From NCBI RefSeq assembly GCF_000372725.1, contig NW_005202428.1, positions 1,163,331-1,227,330 of the forward strand: a DNA stretch of 64,000 nucleotides, read 5' to 3'. The position numbers and the translations under genes were made by a program. Positions 24,172-36,100 of the stretch are shown here, piece by piece (positions within the stretch are counted from its first letter, which is position 1; every line of letters starts with the position of its first letter). A model generated the notes under the pieces. The model had not been told where the DNA came from, searched no databases, and worked only from the letters and a program-made list of their open reading frames with translations. Source of the DNA: Emiliania huxleyi CCMP1516 (lineage: Eukaryota).

Positions 24172-24580
24172 CAGCACTTGGAGCACTTGGAGTGCGGTCA
24201 GCAACCTCACGTCCAGGACCGGGGAGCTAAGAAGCGCATCCAGTTGGCCGGACGCTCGGCATCGGGTTGCGGGCAAGAGAGCCCTAGCCCCGGGGGTGCG
24301 CGGTCGCAGGGCCATAACACGTCTCCGAGGGATGGCTCCGTGTACCGGGTTACCCCTTAACTGCAGAACGCACCCTCTTCCTCGACCGTGGGGGGGTGCG
24401 CGGTCGCAGGGCCATGGTTGGCCCCGCGTACCAGGTTTCCCCTTAACTGCAGGACGCTGCCCTCTACTCGGAGCTAGTAATACGTCTACTCGGAGCTAGT
24501 AATACGAGATACTCTCCGAGAGGGCCCCGTGTACCAGGTTTCCCCTTAACTGCAGAACGCCCCCTCTACTCGGAGCTAGT
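24172..24580 (+). repeat. Dispersed repeat module R2 (GAGCACTTGGAGTGCGGTCA...GGGGAGCTAAGAAGCGCA) with tandemly reiterated CCCCTTAACTGCAG...CTACTCGGAGCTAGT tail
   Basis: Homologous to 33862-33933 and 34043-34275 (+), and to 38686-38760 and 45699-45768 (-). Confidence 0.85.
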
Positions 24581-25439
24581 GATACGAAAATACTGTACGA
24601 CCGCCTCCACGCAATACCATACTGCGCACGATAATACGATAATACGAGAATACCGGCCTCGAGACACGCAAAGCAAAGGACGGGCGCTTTTTGCCGCAGC
24701 GATGCCCGCGGCGGGGAGGAGGGCGGCGAGGGAGAGGGGTGCGGCGGGGGAGAGGACGGCGGGGATGGGGGCGGCGGAGAGGGGGGAGGCGAAGGGGGGG
24801 GCGGCGGAGGAGAGGGTGGCGGAGGGGGAGACGAAGGCGGCGGAGACGATGGTCGCGAGAAGGGGGGCGGCGGGGACGAGGGCGGCGGGGAGGGCGGTGG
24901 GGGGGAGGGCGGCGGAGGGGGAGGCGTCGGCGGGGGGGGTGGCGAGGGGGAGGGCGACGGGAAGGAGGGCGGCGGGGAGGAGGGCGGCGAGGGAGAGGAG
25001 TGCCGCGGGGGGGGAGGACGGCGGGGATGGGGGCGGCGGAGAGGGGGGAGGGGGGGGGAGGACGGCGGGGAGGGGGCTGCGGGGAGGGGGGCGACGGAGG
25101 GGGGGGAGCGGCGGGCGGGGGGGGGGGGGGGGGGGCCCAAGGGGAAACCCAGGCCGCGGAAAAAAAGGCCCCCAAGAAAGGGGCGCCGGGAAGGCCCCCC
25201 CCGGGAAGGCCGGGGGAAAAAGGCGGCCCCCCACCGCGATTTTTTATCGAAATTCCCCCCGGGCCTCTGGGGGCCAGGTCCCCCCTGCCGGTGCCAGCCC
25301 CGTGGCCGTCCACCAGGGACCGCCCCCCCCGGCCCGGGCCACCGGTGGGCACCCCCGAAGGGGGCCGCTTCGGTCCTTCCCCCCCCCCCCCCTTGGCGGG
25401 CTGGGGCCAAAGCGCTCCCCCGACCCGGGAAATTGGGGG

Positions 25440-25539
25440 NNNNNNNNNNNNNNNNNNNNNNNNNNNNNNNNNNNNNNNNNNNNNNNNNNNNNNNNNNNNN
25501 NNNNNNNNNNNNNNNNNNNNNNNNNNNNNNNNNNNNNNN
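25440..25539. other. Assembly gap (100 N) flanked by low-quality homopolymer-rich sequence (about 25000-25750)
   Basis: Run of N; garbled G/C tracts on both sides. Confidence 0.98.
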
Positions 25540-25749
25540 AATCGGGCCCCCCCTCCCGCGTTTTTTTTTCCCCGGGGGGGCAAAAGCCCCACAATTTTGG
25601 CCGACGCAATAACGCAACCGCAGATTTCGGCGTGGGGGAGAAGCCCCCTCCCTGGGCCCTACCCACCGACGGCCGAGTGGCGCGCTCACCAAGCAAAGGT
25701 TCCCGATCCAACCAGGGAATGCCCGTGACCAGCCAAGCCTGGTGACCCA

Positions 25750-26183
25750 GACCCGGCAGGCCAAGGCGGAGGTTGTTCCGTGGCGTTCGGCCCTAGTCAC
25801 CAAGGCGCTCAAGGAGCCCCCGCGCGCCCGCAAGAAGGTGAAGAACATTGTCCACTCTGGCTCCATCACGATGGATGACGTCATCCGGATCGCGCGCATC
25901 ATGCGGGAGAAGTCGCTGGCGAAGAAGTTCGAGGGGACCGTGCTCGAGATCCTCGGCACCGCCCAGTCCATCGGCTGCCAGGTGCCCCCCACCCCCACCC
26001 CCCCACCCCCCGGCTCGCCCCCTCTCCTCTCCGTGTGCACGGGCGCCGGCAAGACGCCCCGTGCTTGTTCTGCCCCTCTCCTCACCCCCCCCCCCCCCTC
26101 AAACGCAGGTGGACGGCGAGGACCCGCACGATATCATCGACCAGATCCACGACGGCGAGGGCCCCGAGATCCCCGACGAGTGA
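25750..26183 (+). CDS. RPL12: 60S ribosomal protein L12 (uL11), 3' part; intron 25982-26108; 5' end lost in poor sequence
   Basis: [19 protein letters not shown]...IARIMR.KSLAK...[15 protein letters not shown] | [11 protein letters not shown]. Confidence 0.93.
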
Positions 26184-26533
26184 GCGCTGCTGGTTGGACC
26201 GCGGCCATACCTGGTACCGCCCCTGCCACGGGTCGCAGGCTATCCGGAGTTGAGCCGCTGTCCCGTGCTTTCGCCGCTATATAAAGTACGTCGATTTTAT
26301 GCGAAAGCACACTTACAGACACAGTCCCATCAAATGGGAATCTAGCCCAAGGTCGGAGAGTCGTGTCATAGGAGAGGAGAGAGTGGGTGGAGATGTTTTG
26401 TGCGGGATCAGGCCCGAGTCCCTAGTGTCGCCGGAGCAGTAGCTCCCTTTTTCGAACAGAAAAATTTTTTTTTACAGACACAGTCCCCACGCAGAGCGCG
26501 CCCCCCGAGCCCGAGGCCACCTCTCTCCGCCCT

Positions 26534-27412
26534 CGCCGGGGCCGACGTTTTTTGATCTCTGGGTCAGTGGGGGGCCGAGCCACCTCGGGGTGGCGGGCGG
26601 GCGGGCGTTTTGAAAAACAGAAAACAGAAAACAGAGGGGGGCCAGGGCCCCCACTACGATTAGACACAAGCACCTGGCTCCTGGGACAAAGCGAGCAGCA
26701 GCAGCAAGCAGTTCAGCGGAGAAGGGGGGGGGGAGGAGCCGAGGGGGTGACGTCCCGACACGGCAGGTTGGAGCTGACCCAGGGAGAGAGAGAGAACAGC
26801 GATGGCAGCCCCCAATGACTGTAGACAGAAATGACGAGCCGACAGCGATGCAGCGGCAGCGAAAGCGGCGAGGAGGGCCCGCTGCAGAGCTCCGCTGGGC
26901 GGCAGCAGAGACATCGGCGGACGGGGGAGCACGCGGGACACGTCGGCATAGGAGCCAGGGGTGTGGGCTGGGCCTGCATCATGAATGGGCCTGATAGCGA
27001 CGGCGGCGACGTAGGCGAGACGGCGGCGAGGGTGGCGACGATGAAGCTGGCTTGACGAAATGGATGACGCCATCGCGCAACAATAGACATCCCCTCGATG
27101 TCGTCGTCGTTGCCGGAAGGGGCAGCGCACGCGCCTCTGAAGATCGAGGCGCGTGGCTCAAAGCCGGCGCTGCGCGGGTTCGTGCCCATCCGACTATTGT
27201 CTACTTTTCCATTTTTTTGGATGCCGTGGAGCGTGGTCGTGGGGGTCACTCACGACCCGCCGCACGAAGTAGGCGGCGCGCAGCGCCGCTCTCGCAGGCT
27301 GTTTTTGTCGGTTCTACATTTTGTTTTTGTTTTCAGTCTAGGGGGCCCGACCCCCTCAGAGGCGGCGGGCGGGCGCCCACTGACCCAGAGATCAAAAACG
27401 CTCGGCCCGGCG
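26534..27412. repeat. Inverted-repeat-bounded segment of about 880 bp (possible fold-back element)
   Basis: CGTTTTTTGATCTCTGGGTCAGTGGG (near 26546) is the reverse complement of CCCACTGACCCAGAGATCAAAAACG (27376), with more degenerate IR inward. Confidence 0.65.
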
Positions 27413-27699
27413 CCCCCGAGCCCCGACGCCTCCCCTGAGCTGGGTCAGCGGTCACCCCATCTCACACTGGTCCAGCCCGGGGGGGTGATGCTCCGATAAA
27501 CCCTAGGGCGAGTAGGTGAAGTTGTTTCTTTTTGTGTGTGAAAGAGATCTGGCTCTCATAGAATCGAGGACCGTTCGCTTTCTAGAAGACCCTCGGTGGG
27601 CTACCGTGAGTACAGTCGTACAGCCAAAGGACGCGTAGGACGCGTCCTTCAACTAACTAACAACACGCGAAACGGCCGTTTTTGGCGGTTGTGACGCGC

Positions 27700-28524
27700 A
27701 TGGAGGCGCTCGTCATGAGCGTCGCACTGCCTGCGCTGCTGGCACAGTATGCGCTGGTGTTCATGGCGGCCACCTCGGCTCACACGCGCATGCCCGAGTG
27801 TCTCCCCGTGCAGCTGGGCGGCTATGACGAGGCGTACCGAGCGTGGGATGCCGGCGTCTGCTTTACCGAGGAGCAGCTGTGGTGCGCATCGGCTGCTGCT
27901 GGAGAACACGCCCACACACACCACAATTCCCTTGCCAGCTGCCGCGGCTGCCGCACGACCAATGCGTATGCACGGTTCCGAGGTAGCTTCACCCTCTCTC
28001 CACCCCTGGCCCGGTGGCGCAGGTGCCGCGTGCACCCGGGCAGGCATGCAGCGTGCACGACGGCCGACTGCCGCGCGGAAGAGGTGCGCCTCTCTCTCCC
28101 CGGCCGGGACGGGGGCGCCGGCTCGGGCACCGGCTTGGGCGACTACTTTGCCGCTCTCGCGCCGGACGATTCGCTGAGAGAGCCCGTGTGGGGCGGCTGC
28201 TCGGCGTCGCAGGTTGGGAAGGCCGCTCGTGGGAGCTTGTGGTTTCTCACGCTAGAGCCCGGACCCCTCCCCGCCGGTGTGCCACAGGTGAACTCGATTT
28301 GGAGCAGGTTCGAGGCCGCCGGCGCCTGGCGGGGCGCGTGTGTCCCCTTTGGTGACAAGCGGTCCACCCTGCTGCGCCACTGCGGACCCGAGCAGGCGCT
28401 GGCTGACGGCGAGTTCTTCTGGCCAGTGGCGGATCTGCGCGAGGTTGGGGAGAGGGACCCCGAGCGAAACTGCACGACCGAGCATGGGGCGAGCGCCAAC
28501 GGGTGGAGTTGCAGTAGGTTGTGA
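27700..28524 (+). CDS. Intronless Cys-rich hypothetical protein with hydrophobic N-terminus
   Basis: About 274-aa open frame with natural composition; no family recognised. Confidence 0.5.
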   Translation: MEALVMSVALPALLAQYALVFMAATSAHTRMPECLPVQLGGYDEAYRAWDAGVCFTEEQLWCASAAAGEHAHTHHNSLASCRGCRTTNAYARFRGSFTLSPPLARWRRCRVHPGRHAACTTADCRAEEVRLSLPGRDGGAGSGTGLGDYFAALAPDDSLREPVWGGCSASQVGKAARGSLWFLTLEPGPLPAGVPQVNSIWSRFEAAGAWRGACVPFGDKRSTLLRHCGPEQALADGEFFWPVADLREVGERDPERNCTTEHGASANGWSCSRL

Positions 28525-28790
28525 TGTGTGTGAGAGAGATTTTTAGCAAACCAAACAACTTTTGTGTTGATGTGTGTCGCTGTGTCGTCGTCGGCAACAT
28601 CGTCGGCCAAACAATTTTCTGGGTAATAAAGGAATCTCGGAAAAAGAAGAAATACCAGGGCGGCGGGGCAGAGAACTAGGACGCGACTTCACGCAGGCAG
28701 GGACGCCTTCTTCGGCATCACAACTTCGCCGCCGACGACGATCGCCACCGCGATCCGTGCGCGGCACCGCGCGCGCACACGCATAGACGG

Positions 28791-29309
28791 ATGGCTTCGC
28801 GCCTGACGCTGCTGCTGGTCGCCCTGGCCAGCCGGCGCGGCGCAGCAACCATCCAAAAGCTTCCCACTTTGTCGCGCGCGGCAACCGCAGGCCCGGCGCC
28901 CGCCGCTCACCATCAATCGCACCTCGCTGTGCTCGTACGGCTGCCCGCAACAAGCACCTCGCCCATGCAGCCCGCGGTGTGCTTGGATGCGGCGTGGCGA
29001 GAGACGAGCGAGCAACGGAGCGGTGAGGCAAGAACGGTCGAGCCGTTCGCTGCCCGCTCGGCCGAGCCGTTCGCTGCCCGCTCGGCCTCCGTCGTCTCGC
29101 TCAAGACGGACTCGACCAAGGTTGGCCGCGTCGGGCCCGTGCAGTGGGCAGCCGCGAGCCTGCTTGCTTCGGCGTGGTTTTGCCTTGTCGCGGCCCTCTC
29201 CTTCCTTTTCCCTCCACTGCATCGGCACTCGGGGCGCTGGATCCGCACGGCGGCCGCGTGCACGCGGCAAGCCTTTTCTGGCGGCCCGAGTGTCGACGTG
29301 CTTCGCTAG
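28791..29309 (+). CDS. Hypothetical signal-peptide/TM protein (may splice to an exon near 29400)
   Basis: MASRLTLLLVALAS; later hydrophobic stretch WAAASLLASAWFCLVAALSFLF. Confidence 0.4.
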   Translation: MASRLTLLLVALASRRGAATIQKLPTLSRAATAGPAPAAHHQSHLAVLVRLPATSTSPMQPAVCLDAAWRETSEQRSGEARTVEPFAARSAEPFAARSASVVSLKTDSTKVGRVGPVQWAAASLLASAWFCLVAALSFLFPPLHRHSGRWIRTAAACTRQAFSGGPSVDVLR

Positions 29310-29851
29310 CGAAGGCACGAGGCACGAAAGGAGCGCCCAAGGAGGATCCGCCCCCCCCCCCCCCCCTTTGCCCCTGCCCCCCGCTGACGCCGTCCACCAG
29401 CCGGCGCGCGGGCGACTGGCACGTGGCGAAAGGGATGTCCATGCACTGCGAACCCGGTCGCTCGCGACTGGGCTCCCTGACTTTCAACGCACCTGTGATT
29501 TCTTGCGAGTGTCGGCGCGCGCCGGGGCGGTGTCCGTGTCGCGCCGATTCGCGTGACGCTGACGGTCTTCTGTCTGACAGTATTGTTGATCTGATTGTTG
29601 ATTATAAAAATATTTTCGCACTAGAGGCGTTTAGCAGGACTAGAGAAGGAGCTAGAACAGCCCGCAGGATCACACTCAAACCGACACACACACAGAGCAA
29701 GTGAGAGAGCGGGGGGCCGGGCGAACGCCTCCGGCAGACCGAGAAGTTGAGAGCGACACCATTGGGAAGAATGAGAGGGCCTGGATGGTTGAGACGCAGC
29801 CAGTATCGCTACTGTACACAAGGGCCAGTATCGCTACTGTACAGCTCACCA

Positions 29852-30142
29852 TCACTCAGGGATTGCGGGAGGTGGCGGCCGCCCTGCTCCGCGTCTGCTG
29901 GAGCCCGGCCTCCCCTCGCTCGTCGACGCATGCGAGCGCTGCTGCACAGCGCCGCTGTCATACAACGCCTGGAACATGTCCGAAAACACCTCGCGGCATA
30001 CCTTAGCATCCGTGCGCTCCAGCCGCTCGAACTCCACCTTGACGCTCGCGAGTGCCTTTGCCACCTTCCGGTCGTCCTGGTGCCGGTTGAGCTGGACCGC
30101 CAGGACAGGATCGACCACAGACCGCACGACACTCTCTTTCAT
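29852..30142 (-). CDS. Small hypothetical helical protein (96 aa)
   Basis: ATG-initiated ORF with GC3-biased codons; no family recognised. Confidence 0.4.
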   Translation of the reverse strand: MKESVVRSVVDPVLAVQLNRHQDDRKVAKALASVKVEFERLERTDAKVCREVFSDMFQALYDSGAVQQRSHASTSEGRPGSSRRGAGRPPPPAIPE

Positions 30143-30302
30143 CGCCGCCGCGGATTAGTCGGTCGAGGACAGCGGAGGAAAAGCCAGATCAGCGGAGGAA
30201 GGCGGATGGAAGCCAGTGCGCGGTCGCAAGGGCGGTCGCTCGCGTTTGTTACAGGTGGCAGGGGCGGTTCGGTTCTTTTTTCCTGGGTCGACTCCGTTTC
30301 AA

Positions 30303-30433
30303 GAACAAGCAACAGGCAAACGGCTTCTTACGCTCGGCCTCAGTGGGGGGTGCCGGCGCCGCCCCGCCGCCTCGTTCCGCGGGCCCTCAACCCTTCATGT
30401 AGTCCTCACCGACGCTGTGGGATCGCTTGTCAT
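30303..30433. repeat. Conserved about 135-nt intergenic element, copy B
   Basis: Diverged homolog of 18323-18461. Confidence 0.75.
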
Positions 30434-30776
30434 CTGAGAGAAAAAGAAAAACAGACAACCCAAGGGTGAGAAATCATGCGGACCGCGCTTTCTCTTTCTG
30501 GTGTACCTGTGTTAGTGCCAGTGCGCGCCAGTCCCGTGCCCAGTGAGCAGTGTTGTGCGAGGGAGTTTTGTTGTAAAATTCTCTTTCTCAGCGCCTGCCC
30601 CGGTTCGCACAGACAATTGCTTTTGCTATTCCTCCCGTCGCCAGTTCTCGCGCTGACGGTTCGCCTTTGTCATCGCCGCCACCCTGCTGTTTCTCTTTCT
30701 CAGCGCCTTGGCATCAACTCGCGAGCGGATCCCAGACTCTCTTTCCTCTCGTCGACAGTTCTCGCGCTGACGGTTC

Positions 30777-31646
30777 ATGGAGGATCTCAGTGACCTCGCG
30801 CTGATCTTCCCGACCGTCGAGCGAAGTTTACTGGGCGAGCTTCTCGCCTTCAACGGAGGCGACGTCGAACGCACCGCAGCCGCGATTCTAGACGTCGGGT
30901 TTCCTAGCGGCCAAGCGAGTGACCTGGACGACTCAGCAATGGCCGCTCAGGAGGCGCTGGATGCAGCGCTGGCGCGCCAGACGCAGCAGCAGTTTGACGA
31001 GGAGTTCATCGCCGCTCAAGAAGGCGCTGCTCAAGAAGGCGCCGCAAACGCAACGATGCCCTCGCCCAGCGGACGGCAGGACCCGGTTTCCGCCTCGGGC
31101 ACCGCCGCTGCGAAGGGGAAGCGGATGAATTTAAAGCTTGTCGCACTCAAACGCAAGAGCAAGGGCGCGAAGAAGGAGGGGCAGAGGAACAGCCTCCTGC
31201 CCCAAGGCGCCGATCCCAATCCCCCTCGCCACCGCTTATCCCTCCATCCTCTCTCGCACTCGCGGTTTGTTTGTCTTAGGCTACATCGGACAGAGCGACC
31301 AGAGCGACGCGCCCGGCAGCCCAGCGGCCGGCGCCGACAGCTTCCGCTCTCCGCCGGTACACCAGTCACGCCTGAGACGCGCGCCCGACACTGCGAATAG
31401 TGCGAGAGATGCCTCCGACTCCGCTCTGGCCGCCGGCTCACACACCGCCGCCCTTTTGTGCTCCTCACCCGGCTCCCTCGCCCCCCCCCCTGCGAGGCGG
31501 TGGCGCCGCCGCCAGCGTGGACCAGCTCGCCCAGCAGCGGGTCGAGCATCACCGCGGAGCAGTACTCGGCGCGCCTCAGCCGCGCGCGCGCGGCGAACCG
31601 CGCTTCGCAGAACCGCGCCTCGCTCAGCACGGGGCCGGCGAGTTGA
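30777..31646 (+). CDS. CUE-domain (ubiquitin-binding) protein, multi-exon
   Basis: LALIFPTVERSLLGELLAFNGGDVERTAAAIL (CUE FP motif and helical pattern), then the MIU/UIM-like DAALARQTQQQF. Confidence 0.75.
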
Positions 31647-31923
31647 ACGCGCAAGGTGGAGAGCGCAACGCAAGCCTGAAATAAAGGAAGGCACGGCGAG
31701 TCAGGCAGCAGTAGCAGGAGCTGTGTGTGTTATCTTTGAGGGACCTTTTGTGCGATGCGGCGTAATTGCTTTGGGATATGTGCCTTGGTCGGTGATCTCG
31801 CAATCCCCGCCTACCTCGAGATTGGTCGGTGATCTCGCAATCCCGGCGCGCTTTACTTGAACCCCAGCTTGAAATACCTCCCCCCCCACGCTGTGAACAG
31901 TGAACAGAGATTGTGTCGCAAAC

Positions 31924-32271
31924 CAGGTGGCGTTTATTTTTGCTAGGGCCGGGCATCATGCTGAAATTCTGCAAAAACCTGACCGGCCCCTGCCCTGCCC
32001 CTACCTACCTACCTACCTACCTACCCTACTTATGGGAAACTAAAAAATAAATCACCGGATGGGTGAAGGTGGGGTACTATACCAACTAGAGTGATGGTTG
32101 GTGGTACTCTCCTGCATCCACACTCCTTCTTGTGACATGGGAGGCCACTCTCAAGCCCTACAAGCATCAGATCACCCATTTGGGGAGGGTTGACATCGTG
32201 ATTTCCGCGGAAAATTTCTTTTTCTGCTGTGAAAATTCCAGCTTTGAAGAGAGGGAAATAAACGCCACCTG
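31924..32271. mobile_element. 348-bp MITE with 16-bp TIR and 7-bp TSD
   Basis: TIR CAGGTGGCGTTTATTT (31924-31939) vs AAATAAACGCCACCTG (32256-32271); CGCAAAC immediately on both sides. Confidence 0.85.
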
Positions 32272-32325
32272 CGCAAACAGCAAACACGGCGCTTGCCCCA
32301 AGACCCCCCCCTCAGCCGTCCATCA

Positions 32326-33515
32326 ATGGTCCGCCCATCACGACCGCCAATTCCTCCGCCGCCGCCGGCCGCCTTGAGCTACGACAGCTACCAGCAGGGC
32401 TCCGTGTGCGCCGAAGACACACGTCGCTGCGTCCAACACGCCATTCCACTGATTGTCGCCGCGGCTGTCCTGGGCCTCGTCTCTCTGCTCCTCTACCTTC
32501 GCAGGCGACGGCGGCGCCGCCGCCAGCGAGAAGAGACCGTCGCGCGCACACTTGAGCGAGTGCCGCACGACGCCATAACGATGGCTGTCCAGTGTCTCCC
32601 GGTCATGGAGCACATCGGCGGTGGCGAGGTTGAGGTGCGGGCCTCGCCGCCCTCTCCCTGCCGGCTTCCTTCTCCATGCCGTCAGGGGTTGCAGGACCCG
32701 AAACCCTCTGCGGTGTCTCTCGCAGGAATGCCGCATCTGCTGCGAGGAGTACGCGCACGGGAGTCGCAAGCGGATTTTGCCCTGCAACCACGGTTTGCAC
32801 CCTGCCGCCTGCCTCCGCCCTCCCACTATTAGTTCGCCTCACCCCCCGCTCCTCCATTCTCGCCCCATAGCCTTTCACCCGGCATGCGTGGACCTCTGGC
32901 TCCTGGGCAGCCGTGAGCAGGGCCCTCCCCGAGGAGAGCGCGTCTGCCCCATCTGCAAGGCGCGACCGCCAATCCCCCTCCCCTCGGCCCCGCACATGAC
33001 ATGGCGCGTGCCCCCAACAGTCTTGGCCCCCTCCTTGCCCCATTCTCTCTCACGCGCCTCCGACGCGGCGCCGGCGCTCCCTCTGACGCAGGCGCCGCCG
33101 CTCGACAGCTTTCTCCTGCAGGCGCGGCTCGGGCCCTTGAACTCGACGGCCACGAGCCGCGGTGACTGTCTTGCATCTCACCCTGATCGTCCCCCGCCCG
33201 CAGGCCTCTGCAGCGGCTCTGGTCGCCGGGAGGATGCGCAGTGGCGGAGCGGTGCGCTCGTCCCTCTCAGAGCAGCGGCAGCAGATGAGGCTTGCCTCCG
33301 CTGCTGCGGCCGACGCCGGCGCCGGCGCCGCGTCCGCCGCCCCTGCCGGTCGTGTGCGTAGGCTCGCTGCCGCGGCAGCTCGCTTCGCGGCCGGGCCGGG
33401 CTTGCGTTTCATTGATCCCCACGAGACGGCGCCGCCCGGAGCGATCTCGCGGAGGGCTCTTGCGAGGGCGCAGAGCCAGGCGAGGAGGGAGAGAGGCGCC
33501 GGCACCGAGGTCTAG
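32326..33515 (+). CDS. Transmembrane RING-H2 E3 ubiquitin ligase (ATL-like), multi-exon
   Basis: TM helix + RRRRR; spliced CRICCEEY...LPCNH|AFHPACVDLWL...CPICK. Confidence 0.85.
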
Positions 33516-33634
33516 CAAAAGAGGGGAAGCAAGGTGCTTGCGTGGGGATGACCGTGGGTGAGGAATTTAGATTAGCAAAGGGGCAAGGGCCCGTCAAGGT
33601 AAATTCTTCTTCACTTTACTCCGGGTGTGCGCGC

Positions 33635-34275
33635 GCGAGTCCCGTGCCCACGCAGTGAGCAGTGTCGTGTGCGAGGCCGGAGCTTCTTGTGAAATTCTTT
33701 TTTGTTAGTGCCAGTGCGCGCCAGTCGCGCAGTCCCGTGACCCGTGCCCAGCTAGCCCCGCGCGGAAACCGGAATTTTTGTGTGTATACCTGTGTTAGTG
33801 CCAGTGAGTTCGCGCCGCCAGACTTGGAGGTCCTCCCTCTTTTGGAGCGTCGTGCAGCATTTGGAGCACTTGGAGTGCGGTCACTAACCGCACGCCCAGG
33901 GCCGGGGAGCTAAGAAGCGCACCCAGCGGGCCGGCATCGGCCGAAAGAAAGAAAACAGACAACTCAAACGAGGGATGGGAGGACGGCACGCCGCCACCAC
34001 ACAGGGATTTCAAGGGGAGAAGTGCTACGGGCTAGAGACGAGTACTTGGAGCACTTGTAGTGCAGTTATCAACCGCACATCCAGGGCCGGGGAGCTAAGA
34101 AGCGCACCCAGCGGGCCAGATGATTGGTATCGGGTTACGGGCTAGAGAGCCCTAGCCCTGGGGGTTGCGCGTTCGCAGGGAAAGGGCCGTAAAGTAAACA
34201 CGGGTCTCCGAGGGTTGGCTCTGCGCTCCGGGTTTCCCCTAGGCAGCGGAACGCCCCCTCTACTCGGAGCTAGTA
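33635..34275. repeat. Cluster of dispersed repeat modules R3 (TGTTAGTGCCAGTGCGCGCCAGTC), R2, R1, R2
   Basis: Matches 30508-30580, 45995-46030, 24172-24580, 9944-10015. Confidence 0.85.
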
Positions 34276-35384
34276 GACACCGGACACTAACACGACAACA
34301 CACACACTCCTCACTGACATCTCCGCTTGGAGCCCTCCCCCGCGCCGTGCGGCCTCCTCACCCCCATTCCGAAGGGGCTCCTCCCTCCCCTCGGTCCTCC
34401 CTCCTGCTCGCCTTCCGATGGTCCCGCGACGATTGCGGGGCCCGGCCCCCCCTCCTAGCCTTTTTCGGATTTCGGTTGCGGCCCCGTCGCCGTCTCGTCT
34501 TCTCTGCTCGATCCTGTTGACTCCGCCTCCGGCGATCCCGTGCCCGACTCCCCGGGCAAAGGCGGCGGCGTTGGGTCGTGTCGCCTCCCCTCCCCGGGGG
34601 GTCGGGCCGGCTCTCCTTGGTCGACGAGTCGCGCCCGCATCCGCGGTCTCTCTATCGTACTCGGCTCGCCTCCTCCCTCCGCCGGCTCCTCGTCGAGCTC
34701 GGGGGGTCGAGGCCCTCCTTGTCGTAGTTCACGGTGGTCTGGCTGTCGCCGCGACGGGTCTACCCCCGGTGAGCTCGTTTGTCCCGACTCCACTCGAAGA
34801 GGTCGAGCCAGCTCGACTCTCACCCCCTCCGACAGTTGAAACGCGCAACGAGAGAGACCCCTGTCTCTCTCAAACAGCTCGGCCGCGCCTTGGCCCCGTG
34901 GACGCACGTAGAACTTCACGTGACAAGGAGCTTCTAATGAAACCGGGCGGCGACTTGATCCTTCCCTCGGAACGTCGCCGCAAAGTAACTTATCTCCTGC
35001 GTTCGCATTTGGGCGGCCATCGCAACACTCCCTAGCTCAACTGTCGACCCTAACGGGTCGCCAGCCGATCGTCATACCCGGGCCCCTCCGGTCCCGGCCT
35101 TCCGGTCCGCCGGCAGACCCGTTGTCGTCTCGCGGCACCTCCCCTCCCTCGGCCCCCTCCCTCGGGTAGCCCAGCCTCCGAAGGGGCGGCTCCAGGTTCC
35201 CCAAGGTTCGTGTGGGTCCGAGCGGTGACGGCCACGCCGGCGGCGGGGGTGGAGGCGGTGGCGGGGGGGGCGGGTAAGGTGGCGGTACTGGCGGCCGCAA
35301 CACCTGGTGTGGAGCCTCGGGGCGGCCCCCTGGCCCTGTGGCCGTTCCAGCCGCTGCTACAGGCATGGGAAGTGGGAGCGCTGT

Positions 35385-36058
35385 GAAAGAAAACAGGCAA
35401 CCCAAACGAGGGATGGGGGAGGAGGACAGGGTCCACACCTGCACGAGCAGGATTTTGGAAGGACGATCAGGGGCACAGGTGGGGCTCTCCTGCTCCTGAC
35501 AAGGGACACGACAGGCTCGCAGCGCGGTGCACGGTGGAATCCCAACTCCACTGGCGGTCTCATCTCAGTCTAGCGACCTTCCTCCGGCTTCTCATCGGCA
35601 GTCTCTCACTACCACGGGCACACTGACACAGGGGTGGCAGGGGCGGCGGCATGAGTCTCCCACATACTGAGCGCTGTGAAGTTCTCGTCAACGCACAACC
35701 AAAACTTGGAGCACTTGGAAAGAAAGAAAGAAAGAAAACGGACAACCCAAGGGAGGGATGGGGGACGGCACGCGCCGCCACCACACAGGGATTTTAAGGA
35801 GAGGGGTGTGGTGCACTAGCCGTCGCCCACCCTTGGGCGTCCGCCTCTTCCTATCTCTCTTCGCAGTCTCTCTCCGATTCTCGCTGCGATCTTCGTGCCA
35901 CCTCGCGGTCGCCCCCTGGAGCACTTGGAAAAGAAAGAAACAAAGAAAACAGACAACCCCAGGGAGGGATGGGCAAGTAAAGAAAGAAAGAAAACAGACA
36001 ACCCAAGGGAGGGATGGGAGTACGGCACGCCGCCACCACACAGGGATTTTAAGGAGAG
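35385..36058 (-). repeat. Cluster of 3-4 R1 copies
   Basis: Reverse complements of 9825-10015, with GAGCACTTGGA linkers. Confidence 0.85.
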
Positions 36059-36100
36059 GTGAGCAGTCATCAAGCGGACAAAATTTGTTTTTCTCGAAAA

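Noticed and set aside
24496..26085. Long Pro/Gly-rich ORFs spanning the N gap
   Set aside because: Low-quality sequence around the gap; the SPPP tract may belong to a gene but cannot be modelled
27148..27190. TGGCTCAA...GGTTCG resembling tRNA A/B boxes
   Set aside because: Boxes too close together and no cloverleaf
34280..35380. Possible gag or other TE ORF between repeat clusters
   Set aside because: Frames broken and no recognisable motif
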